A stretch of 64,000 nucleotides of DNA from an uncultured Chlorobiaceae bacterium (GTDB taxonomy: Bacteria; Bacteroidota; Chlorobiia; Chlorobiales; Chlorobiaceae). Under the pieces are notes generated by a model, which made no database searches, was not told where the DNA came from, and saw only the letters and a list, made by a program, of their open reading frames with translations. The DNA lies in assembly GCA_903895195.1 (NCBI GenBank), contig CAITSZ010000034.1:47104-111103 (forward strand), in the 5' to 3' direction. A program made the position numbers and the translations under genes. Positions 42,817 through 50,752 of this stretch are shown piece after piece (the stretch's first letter is position 1; the number at the start of each line of letters is the position of its first letter).

Positions 42817-43070
42817 GGGGGATATTTTTTGATTGGTTAAAAATATTATGAACAACAAAGGGAAAAAAATTAAGTCACGCCTGTTGATTAAAAATTAATT
42901 ATGAATGTGCCAAAAAATTCAAATGCGCTTTAATAAAAGCATGCACAGGCACATTACTCTTAATAACAATTGTTACATAATTTCTTTAAACAAGCATTAT
43001 TTGCCATGAATTAGTGATAGTTTCATGAAAAAGTCTGGTAATTTTGAGCATATAATCATCCTGACTTACA

Positions 43071-44006
43071 TCAATTCAACGTCCCAACGAGATCCTCTTC
43101 TTTGAGTGGCGCTTTCAGACAAAAAAATTGGTGAACTAATGAATCAATTTCGGTAGGCTTGAATTCAGTCGGTGTGATGCCTGTCAATTTTTTGAAAACT
43201 TTGGTAAAATAGGAGTGCTCTCCAAAGCCTAGCTCGAAAGCGATTTCCTTGATACTGAGATCCGATATAAGAATCAACCGCCTTGCTTCTACGATCAGGC
43301 GTTCATCGATGACCTCGGAAACACATTTACCAGTGTAATACTTGACTATCTCTCCCAGTTTCCTCGTTGATACATTCAACCTTAAGGCATAAAAGCTTAC
43401 CCTATGTTCAGTCTTGAACTTCTCTTCAAGAATGGCATTGAATCGGGCCCACATTGATTGAGTCTGGGTTAAATTTTTAGGATCTGACTGTGATTGAAAA
43501 AGTCGCAGTTCCTCAATAAATATGATGAAAACAGAAACCAGATGTTGGAGTTTTTCGTGAGAATAGGAGCTAGGGTGGTTGTATTCATAATGCATCAGTC
43601 CAATATAGCCTTCTATGATGGCAGCTTGTTCCTGATTCATCTGGATGACTGTATGAGCACTATGCTGGGAAAAAATCATGTGCGAAGCAAGCTGGAGAAA
43701 TTCTTTCTTGAACTTGATCCCGGTAGTCTTACAGTCAGGGGAAGGATAAAGCTTGTGTATACGGGAGGCAGGGATGCAAACAAGGGTATGCCTGGGAAAA
43801 TCGAGGCTCTCGCCGTCAAGTACGTGTACTGCAGATCCTTGCCGAACCCAAATTATTTCATGATATGCATGTCGATGCTCAGCCTTATTGGAGAGATTCA
43901 GATCAGCGACCGCTTTCTCGTCCATGTCGATAATCATGAACTGCTTTAAAAGCTCGTCTAAATCGCCATGCACCGGCGAGCCCTGGCTGTTAATAACAAA
44001 ATCCAT
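43071..44006 (-). CDS. AraC-family transcriptional regulator (cupin-like N-terminal domain)
   Basis: C-terminal dual HTH LSIKEIAFELGFGEHSYFTKVFKKLTGITPTEF. The N-terminal HRHAYHEIIWVRQG is cupin-like. Confidence 0.85.
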   Translation of the reverse strand: MDFVINSQGSPVHGDLDELLKQFMIIDMDEKAVADLNLSNKAEHRHAYHEIIWVRQGSAVHVLDGESLDFPRHTLVCIPASRIHKLYPSPDCKTTGIKFKKEFLQLASHMIFSQHSAHTVIQMNQEQAAIIEGYIGLMHYEYNHPSSYSHEKLQHLVSVFIIFIEELRLFQSQSDPKNLTQTQSMWARFNAILEEKFKTEHRVSFYALRLNVSTRKLGEIVKYYTGKCVSEVIDERLIVEARRLILISDLSIKEIAFELGFGEHSYFTKVFKKLTGITPTEFKPTEIDSLVHQFFCLKAPLKEEDLVGTLN

Positions 44007-44562
44007 AGTAAACGGTTAAAAGGGAACCCCAGTAATCGACGACCTCTGCTGAGTTGAGACTGGTGGTTTGAGCTGAGCTGATTGAAAACAACTCCATGAC
44101 AGCAACAGCTGAAATACTAATGATACTTATTCTCATAAGCTTAAAGGTAATGAGGCTGCTTATTAAGAGATTGAATACAGGTCACTAAGGATACCCATAA
44201 CGTGACTACCAATACAAGGCATTATTTATCATTTTTTGTTAAAGGATTACAACGTAAAAAAACAACGTTAGTACCGTTTTATCGCCTTTTTTAAATCTTT
44301 TTTTAAGAATTCTGTGCGATTGCTGTGCTATCTAAACTTGCCGTCGCCAGACTGGAGTTTTTCAGATAAAAAGGGCCGCCACCGAAGTGCTTTCAGAGTT
44401 CTATAAACTAAATGACTGAGTCGCGCCAGTATGCTCTCTACCCCGGAAGGTTACCAGCTGGGGTGATTTTGTACGGTTTGGGAAAAGCTGAGCTGCCTGG
44501 GGATTGCGACTGATAGAGAATGGGGGGTCATAACAGCGAAGGCCATAGTTTTGGCGAAAAAC

Positions 44563-44592
44563 AAAAACCCCGGTGATAGTCCCGGGGTTTTT
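44563..44592. terminator. Bidirectional intrinsic terminator AAAAACCCCGG-loop-CCGGGGTTTTT
   Basis: 6-bp GC stem (44568-44573 / 44582-44587) flanked by A5 and T5. It lies about 65 nt downstream of the 44657 minus-strand gene. Confidence 0.7.
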
Positions 44593-44656
44593 CTGTAACG
44601 CTTTTTTCGCTCAACTATTCCTGCTGGTTAAACGGAGAGTTCTTCACAGTACCATG

Positions 44657-45148
44657 TCAATGGAAATAATAGCGAACACCAATAGCCGCATTCCAATTGA
44701 GATTAATAGAAGGTTTCAGATCCAGCACAGGAGTGATTTCACCAAAAATATCTATCGGAGCTTCAGCGAGCAGATAGGTAACTCCTACAGGGACCCGAAC
44801 GCCTATATGAGATTTGTTATTGATATTTTTAACCCGTCCGCCAATACCGTAATACCATGGAAGAGATCCCTTTATCTCGGAAGAGCTTGTAGTTAAAGAG
44901 GATCCGTGAATCAGGTAGTCTGCATGCAACTGAAAAGGGCTATTGTCTGTAAGCGACCAGGCACAAGCTGCATCAAAAGCCGTGGTCTGATCAAGCCAGT
45001 ATTTAACACTCACGCCTGTCGGCTCGCCGACAATGGCGCCAAATCCAATACCATCTCGGCCGTAAGCTTGAGGTAAGGCAGCACTTACAAACAATGAGCC
45101 GGCAGCAATAATCGTTGCGAATCGGGCCAGAACATTCTTTTTGATCAT
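44657..45148 (-). CDS. Small outer-membrane beta-barrel protein
   Basis: 163 aa with a signal peptide, GIGFGAIVGEPTGVSVKYW, alternating-hydrophobic strands, and C-terminal GVRYYFH. Confidence 0.6.
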   Translation of the reverse strand: MIKKNVLARFATIIAAGSLFVSAALPQAYGRDGIGFGAIVGEPTGVSVKYWLDQTTAFDAACAWSLTDNSPFQLHADYLIHGSSLTTSSSEIKGSLPWYYGIGGRVKNINNKSHIGVRVPVGVTYLLAEAPIDIFGEITPVLDLKPSINLNWNAAIGVRYYFH

Positions 45149-45647
45149 ATGTTTATCCTCTTGTTATCGGTTGTTACAATAAGTAAAAAGGCTCGCTGTT
45201 AATTAAACAATAAGGTTGATTATAATCAACACTCTTATCACTGCTCCTGAAAAAAGCTTTTTTTTTTAACCGCATATATTGACTGCGAATGTTGAAAATC
45301 ATGGCTATTTCAGAAGTGATACGTGGCATTCCCACCTATTAACCTGAATATTTTGTAGTCGTGCCAAAAGGCACAGAATGACGGAGCGCAATTCAGCCTC
45401 ACCATACTTCGCTCGCACTTTGCTGTTAGGGTACAACAATAAGAAATCAGATAGAGCTTCTTGCCTAGTGTTATCGTCGCATAATCGTGAACCTTACCTG
45501 TAACTATAAGTATATAGAATAAATATGTCGGAATCAGCCTTGCAGACAGATCCATTATTCGCTATAGTGGGTGTGATAATAAAGAAAATGCGGTGTTAAA
45601 ATCGCGCGATTTATCACTTCGGAAATAACTAATCCACAAGGTCACAC

Positions 45648-45803
45648 ATGGCAAGCAAGAAGAAAGAGATTCCAGTGAAGTCACCAGAGCAGTTCGAAGA
45701 GGATATTAGACTTATGGCTTATTACCTATGGGAAGAAAAAGGCTCAACCGATGGCGGAGATGTCGAGGATTGGATTGCCGCCGAACTATATTTGAATAAC
45801 TGA
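45648..45803 (+). CDS. DUF2934-like small protein (51 aa; below the ORF-track cutoff)
   Basis: Hand translation: MASKKKEIPVKSPEQFEEDIRLMAYYLWEEKGSTDGGDVEDWIAAELYLNN. The I..AYY.WE..G...G...DW..AE pattern is the DUF2934 core. A terminator follows. Confidence 0.6.
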   Translation: MASKKKEIPVKSPEQFEEDIRLMAYYLWEEKGSTDGGDVEDWIAAELYLNN

Positions 45804-45831
45804 ATACCCTCTTCGCAATATCACATTTCAA

Positions 45832-45862
45832 AGGCCACTCCTCAGCGGGTGGCTTTTTTTTT
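45832..45862 (+). terminator. Intrinsic terminator after the DUF2934-like gene
   Basis: Short stem GCCAC...GTGGC followed by a T10 run, with further T runs after it. Confidence 0.55.
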
Positions 45863-45995
45863 TATTTTTTTTTGAAATTTTTAAGCTTTCATAAAGGCCC
45901 CTTTAAGGAAGTGTTGCGTAAAATAATCCCTGTAAATAGTGACTTGTCTGAAGAACACTACAGGTTTTAAAAACACTCAACAAAAGGAGCAGAAC

Positions 45996-46598
45996 ATGAT
46001 TAAAAGCACTACCCGTTTCATCAAAACCGCTGTGTTAATGGCTGGCTTAGGGTTCATCACCACAAATGCATTGTGCAACGGAACAATTACAGGCACAATT
46101 GATACCAACATGCCGAAGTACAAAGGTGATGCTGTTGTCTATCTGGTAGGGGTCAACGGACCGGCTGTGTGCGAAAATAAAACTATTGAGCAGCAGAGTC
46201 TTACTTTTTCGCCTAAAGTGACAACTGTACAGGCTGGATGTCCCATTGTATTCACAAACAACGATAAGCTCAACTCAAGCGTTACCTCATTCAGCCCGGC
46301 AAAAAAATTCAACGTGGAGAAATTGGATTCAGGTACATCCAGAAAGCTTACCTTTGAAAAGTCAGGTGTTGTTCAGTTGCTGAGCAAGCCCCATGCCGAA
46401 ATGACCGGCTTTGTAGTCGTCACCAACAATAAATATGCAGCAGTGACTGAACATGACGGCAAGTTCACTATTCCCAATGTTCCGGCCGGCACATACGAAA
46501 TCGGTGTATGGAGTGAAAAACTCAAGGCAGAGGGCAAAACAACTGTTACCGTAGCAGAGGGCGAAACGGCTCCTGTTGTCCTCAAAATGGCGATATAA
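45996..46598 (+). CDS. Secreted cupredoxin-like / CarboxypepD_reg-like protein (paralog B, ligand positions altered)
   Basis: Colinear with the 40761-41369 product; about half of positions are identical by eye, and the C-terminal blocks are nearly identical. Start set at MIKSTTRF, which has AAGGAG upstream. DKLNSSV and LLSKPHAEM replace the His and Cys positions of paralog A. Confidence 0.55.
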   Translation: MIKSTTRFIKTAVLMAGLGFITTNALCNGTITGTIDTNMPKYKGDAVVYLVGVNGPAVCENKTIEQQSLTFSPKVTTVQAGCPIVFTNNDKLNSSVTSFSPAKKFNVEKLDSGTSRKLTFEKSGVVQLLSKPHAEMTGFVVVTNNKYAAVTEHDGKFTIPNVPAGTYEIGVWSEKLKAEGKTTVTVAEGETAPVVLKMAI

Positions 46599-46675
46599 CT
46601 ACCCATGAGCCCATTTAAAAGCCTCCCCCTCGGACAGACTGAATAAACTTCGTATCCAAGGGGGGTGGAAAGGGA

Positions 46676-47218
46676 TTACGGCGAAGCTTTCTTTGCCAAC
46701 GTGCTCAACGTATCATTCAACGTATTACTTTTCTTTGCACTGCTACTCGAACTACCGAAATAGTAACTATAGATTGATGTTAATATTGATGAAAGAACAC
46801 CCAATATATACAAGATGATTTCTTTTACCGTAGTTCGTTGGTCTTGCTTTTCTTTCAAAGCGGTTCTTGCATACGCAACTTTATTTTTAAGAAATTGTTT
46901 GTCTTCTTTGAGACCTTCTTCTCGTGTTTTTTGACGAGTGGAATCGATTTTCGATAATTTGACATGTAACTTTTTCTCAGTTGCTTGACGAGTAGAATCA
47001 ACTATAGCAAGTTTTGATGCCTTTTCGTATATCTCTTCGGCAGAAGAAACTGCCTTGATTTCATCGCTGGGAGTAACCTTAAGCACAAAAATAAATACCC
47101 CAAACGTTATAAAGGTGAGGATAACCGTAACCAAAGCAAGAATTGGCGATATATTCTTACTAAGCCCACCATCAACTTGATCAGACGCCTGTTTTTTCTG
47201 TTCAGCATTATCAGACAT
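46676..47218 (-). CDS. Hypothetical membrane protein, 180 aa
   Basis: Strong SD (GAGGAGGG) upstream of the ATG. Two hydrophobic helices flank a charged coiled-coil-like region. No family recognised. Confidence 0.55.
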   Translation of the reverse strand: MSDNAEQKKQASDQVDGGLSKNISPILALVTVILTFITFGVFIFVLKVTPSDEIKAVSSAEEIYEKASKLAIVDSTRQATEKKLHVKLSKIDSTRQKTREEGLKEDKQFLKNKVAYARTALKEKQDQRTTVKEIILYILGVLSSILTSIYSYYFGSSSSSAKKSNTLNDTLSTLAKKASP

Positions 47219-47497
47219 ACAATACCCTCCTCTATGACGTTGGTTATGCTGTATGAACTTTTCATTCAGCTGTTTGACCGGTGATGAACGACTTAATAAA
47301 TTATCGAGAAAACGACAGTGTAATATATAAATTAAGTATAATTTTAAAGATAGATTGATCCAATATGTATTCCGGATTTGAGTTCAGTCAAAGCAAACCG
47401 TTATCATTTGAAATGTTGACCGCTGGAGTCATCAAACAAACAGCAGAAAAGCAGATCGCGGTGATACACATGAACTGAAATAAAAAAAGGAGTTATT

Positions 47498-48526
47498 ATG
47501 CAGCGTGAACCTGGAACAAATGAGCAAAAGCTTGCGGAAACAGCAAACGCTCTTGTCGCTCTCGATAAGGGTCTCCTGGCATTGGATGAGAGTAATCCAA
47601 CCTGTAACAAACGATTTGCCCGGTATGGAATTCCTCAAACAGAGGAGATGAGACGAAACTACCGTGAGCTGATTGTGACAACTGAAGGACTCGGAGAGTT
47701 CATTGGCGGCGCCATCCTCTACGATGAGACCATCCGCCAGAAGAAAAAAGACGGGACACCCCTTATTAAACTCATCATTGATGCCGGAATTATTCCCGGT
47801 ATTAAAGTGGACGGCGGGGTAAAGGAGATGGCTGGTCATCCCGGAGAGCAAATATGCGAAGGTCTTGACGGATTGAGAGCGCGTCTGGCCGAATACTCTC
47901 AGCTGGGGGCCCGTTTTGCCAAATGGCGCGCGGTCATTACCATTGGAAATGGTATTCCCAGCCAGGCTTGCATTGAAGCCAATGCCCACACGCTGGCCCG
48001 TTATGCCGCGTTTTGCCAGGAAGCTGGCATGGTGCCTGTTGTCGAACCGGAAGTGCTTATGGACGGTGATCATACACTGGAAAGGTGCCGCGAAGTGACT
48101 GAGGAAGTTCTTCACTCGGTTTTCGATCAGCTTTACCGCCAGCGAGTAACTCTTGAGGGCATGATTCTTAAAGCCAACATGGTTCTTCCGGGATTGAGCT
48201 GCCCTCAACAGGAAACAACTATTGAGATTGCAGAAGCTACCGTAAAATGTCTCATGCGGGTTGTCCCTGCAGCTGTTCCGGGAATCACGTTTTTGTCAGG
48301 AGGGCAATCTGCTGAATTGGCATCTGAGAGGTTAAATGCCATGAATATGAGATTCAAAGCACGATCACCCTGGGCATTGGCATTTTCATTTGCCCGTGCC
48401 ATCCAGCAACCTGCCTGGGAGATATGGCAAGGAAAAGAGGCTAATGTAGTTGCGGCACAGCAGGCCCTATTGCATCGAGCGAAATGCAACCGTGACGCAC
48501 GCCGTGGAGAATATCAGGGTGACTGA
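47498..48526 (+). CDS. Class I (Schiff-base) fructose-bisphosphate aldolase
   Basis: GLLALDESNPTCNKRF, ILYDETI, GIKVD and the LEGMILKANMV region match class I aldolases. AAAGGAG SD upstream. Confidence 0.85.
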   Translation: MQREPGTNEQKLAETANALVALDKGLLALDESNPTCNKRFARYGIPQTEEMRRNYRELIVTTEGLGEFIGGAILYDETIRQKKKDGTPLIKLIIDAGIIPGIKVDGGVKEMAGHPGEQICEGLDGLRARLAEYSQLGARFAKWRAVITIGNGIPSQACIEANAHTLARYAAFCQEAGMVPVVEPEVLMDGDHTLERCREVTEEVLHSVFDQLYRQRVTLEGMILKANMVLPGLSCPQQETTIEIAEATVKCLMRVVPAAVPGITFLSGGQSAELASERLNAMNMRFKARSPWALAFSFARAIQQPAWEIWQGKEANVVAAQQALLHRAKCNRDARRGEYQGD

Positions 48527-48867
48527 CTTCTGCCGGTTGAAAAGGAAGATGATTGTCATGGAGAGCGAAAATAAAGAGTTGTTGGCGGTTACTCATGAAA
48601 AGTTCTCAACATTCAAGGAGCTTAGCGAATAATCAGGGCCTGAGTTTGCCTGGGAAAAAATACTGGAAGGGTTTCCAGAGCAGCAACAGCATCGAATGAG
48701 CCCGTTTATTGAACATGCCACTCTGGCTGAGGGATTTAACAAAGCCATTCCTTTTATTAAAAGCATCGGCATGGAGATGGAGGTTGCTTGTGTAGGTTTA
48801 CATATGAGTTCCGTAATGTGTATTATACACCTTCAAGGAGCAAACCTTTTATGACATTGAAAAGCTA

Positions 48868-49575
48868 ATGGTACAGAGCAACAGCATTTATTTCTCTACT
48901 CCTGTTAACGCACTTGTTGAGGGAATATACATCCAGAAAATTCCATTTTCCGACATCAAGAAGCATGGGGATTTCGGGTTGGGCACCTTTGATAATCTGG
49001 ACGGCGAAATGGCTATGCTTGATGGTGCGATTTACCAGATCACGTCAAATGGTGTTGCAGCGAGAGTAAGCGAAGAGACATTAACACCGTTTACCTGCGT
49101 TACCTTTTACAAGCCGGTGAGCCACGACCAACTTCAGGAAGAGTGCTCTTATAAGGTTTTTCTTGACTGGTTGTTCAGTCTTCTTCCTTCGCCCAACATT
49201 TTTTATGCTATTAGGATAGAAGGTTCTTTTGCCGAAATCAAAGTCCGTTCGGTTCCTCGACAGGAGAATTATCGCCCGTTAGCAGAAGTGGCAAAAGATC
49301 AGCCGGTATTTAATTATAAAGGGATAGAGGGGACTCTGGTAGGATTTTATACACCTGCATTCATGGGATCAGTAAGTGTTCCCGGCATGCACCTTCATTT
49401 TCTTTCGGCAGACCGAACTCTTGGAGGGCACTTGCTGGAATGCAGACCATCTGATATCAGGGCGGGCATACAGTTTATCACTACCCTTGAATTGGGACTG
49501 CCAATGAGCTTTGATTATCTGACCTGTGATTTTCAACGCGATGTGCAGCAGGATTTGGAGAGCGCTGAACGGTAA
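48868..49575 (+). CDS. budA: Alpha-acetolactate decarboxylase
   Basis: HGDFGLGTFDNLDGEMAMLDGAIYQ and GFYTPAFMGSVSVPGMHLHFLS are AlsD/BudA hallmarks. Confidence 0.85.
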   Translation: MVQSNSIYFSTPVNALVEGIYIQKIPFSDIKKHGDFGLGTFDNLDGEMAMLDGAIYQITSNGVAARVSEETLTPFTCVTFYKPVSHDQLQEECSYKVFLDWLFSLLPSPNIFYAIRIEGSFAEIKVRSVPRQENYRPLAEVAKDQPVFNYKGIEGTLVGFYTPAFMGSVSVPGMHLHFLSADRTLGGHLLECRPSDIRAGIQFITTLELGLPMSFDYLTCDFQRDVQQDLESAER

Positions 49576-49616
49576 ACGTGGATAGTTTAGGGGCTGCTTC
49601 GATTACATTCCTGACG

Positions 49617-49913
49617 TTATGGCTCAAACCGCAAATAAATGCGCTCCTTTTCCTTTTGCTTGTCAATGACTACTTTATTGGCGTATTGCCGAATAAGTGC
49701 TACCGAAAGACTGGTAATGGCAACGGCAAGAAAGCCCGCAGTCACAATCCCTTCTGCCTCATGCTGTGTTCCATGAACCTCAGCAACCAGCATAAGGGGA
49801 TAAACGATAAAGACAAGAGCAAGCACAGCATGCTGAAACGCCAGAAAAAACAGGGTAGAAAAGGGTGGCAGATCATCGACGCCATAAATGATATTGGAGG
49901 GCTTCTGATTCAT
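49617..49913 (-). pseudogene. Truncated N-terminal fragment of an NCS2 (xanthine/uracil-type) permease
   Basis: IIYGVDDLPPFSTLFFLAFQHAVLALVFIVYPLML matches the NCS2 N-terminus (YG.DD.PP....LL..QH.LAM). The ORF is only 98 aa versus more than 400 expected, and its tail is unrelated. Confidence 0.5.
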
Positions 49914-49927
49914 GGGAATAATGCTTA

Positions 49928-50359
49928 TTAGAGCCTGCCCGTTGACGATGAACGATTGACAACCAATCTCAGGACGTTTTGATCATTTCGCCTCCGATAA
50001 CTGACGCTGTCGGAAAATTTGCGGATAAAATAGCCACCAAGCCCCCCGATTTCACGGTCAGCAATATCAAGAGAGGTATCAGGGTCGGGAAGCGATAATA
50101 CATTAAAAGGGCTTCCTGAATCCAAAATTTCAACGACAAGCGCATCGTCAACCCTGTCACACAAAACTTCAATCCTCCCCTTCCGGTCAGGAGAGGAATA
50201 GTTGCAGACATTGACGAAAGCCTCTTCAACGGCGATCAGCAGTCCGAACTTTTTTTTCGAATCAAGTCCGAATTGATCAGCACATCCCTCAATGAATTCA
50301 GTGATTTCCGGCAGCTTCTCAACATTGGCTGCCACTATTTTATTGCATGTGTCCGTCAT
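49928..50359 (-). CDS. RsbW/SpoIIAB-type anti-sigma regulatory factor (GHKL Ser/Thr kinase)
   Basis: 143 aa. LLIAVEEAFVNVCNY (N-box), ILDSGSPFN (G1) and GGLGGYFIRKFSD (G2). Confidence 0.85.
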   Translation of the reverse strand: MTDTCNKIVAANVEKLPEITEFIEGCADQFGLDSKKKFGLLIAVEEAFVNVCNYSSPDRKGRIEVLCDRVDDALVVEILDSGSPFNVLSLPDPDTSLDIADREIGGLGGYFIRKFSDSVSYRRRNDQNVLRLVVNRSSSTGRL

Positions 50360-50698
50360 TTAACCAAGCGAAGCACTCAATGCGCTTGCCACCGAGTCGT
50401 GCGTTGGAAAAAGGGTGCAGAAACCAGAAATCTCGAATACATCTTTGACCACTCCCGTGATATTTGCAAGAAGGAGTTTTCCGTTTACAGCTTTGACCCT
50501 TTTAGCTGTAGCAAGGAGAACACGCAGCCCGGCACTGCTGATATAGTCGACCTGTTCAAAGTCAACGATAAAGCTTATCTCTCCTTCAGCAATCAGCTCG
50601 CTGAACTTCTTTTCATATTCCGGTGCAGTTAGGGCATCCATCTTTCCGGTTATTGTCACTATAAGGGCTGTTGTTTCTTTACTGGTCTGAATAGGCAT
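50360..50698 (-). CDS. STAS-domain anti-sigma-factor antagonist (RsbV/SpoIIAA-like)
   Basis: 112 aa. IVDFEQVDYISSAGLRVLL carries the conserved phosphorylatable Ser loop. It ends directly adjacent to the RsbW-like start. Confidence 0.85.
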   Translation of the reverse strand: MPIQTSKETTALIVTITGKMDALTAPEYEKKFSELIAEGEISFIVDFEQVDYISSAGLRVLLATAKRVKAVNGKLLLANITGVVKDVFEISGFCTLFPTHDSVASALSASLG

Positions 50699-50752
50699 GT
50701 TCTCTTTCCTTTTTAATAGTTGCGTAAATATGACCCTCTTAATATGACATCA

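Noticed and set aside
44017-44060. AAAAGGGAACCCCAGTAATC resembles the start of a cobalamin riboswitch (AAAAGGGAA...GGTGAAAATCC). This was tempting because B12-dependent mutase genes are in the window.
   Set aside because: No B12 box (GCCACTG-like) or the other conserved helices follow. The element sits directly against the AraC start codon with no downstream plus-strand gene to regulate.
45310-45555. An 81-aa minus-strand ORF inside the 500-nt gap between the small OMP gene and the DUF2934-like gene.
   Set aside because: Cys-rich, odd composition, with no start context or motif. It is probably non-coding. The nature of the gap itself is unresolved.
46931-47005. An internal repeat in the 180-aa membrane protein: I(V/K)DSTRQ occurs twice, 18 aa apart, mirrored by TTGACGAGT(G/A)GAATC at the DNA level.
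   Set aside because: It is real but short (two copies). This is most simply a local duplication in a coiled-coil segment, with no evidence of wider significance.
47432-48208. A 258-aa minus-strand ORF antisense to the class I aldolase.
   Set aside because: The aldolase frame has unambiguous family motifs and an SD site. The antisense product has no recognisable features.
48696-48854. A 52-aa ORF (MSPFIEHATLAEGFNKAIPFIKSIGMEMEVACVG...) whose first ~30 residues resemble the N-terminus of PaaI/hotdog thioesterases.
   Set aside because: The similarity is short and from memory only. The catalytic region is absent. I cannot distinguish a remnant from chance without a profile search, so it is not annotated.
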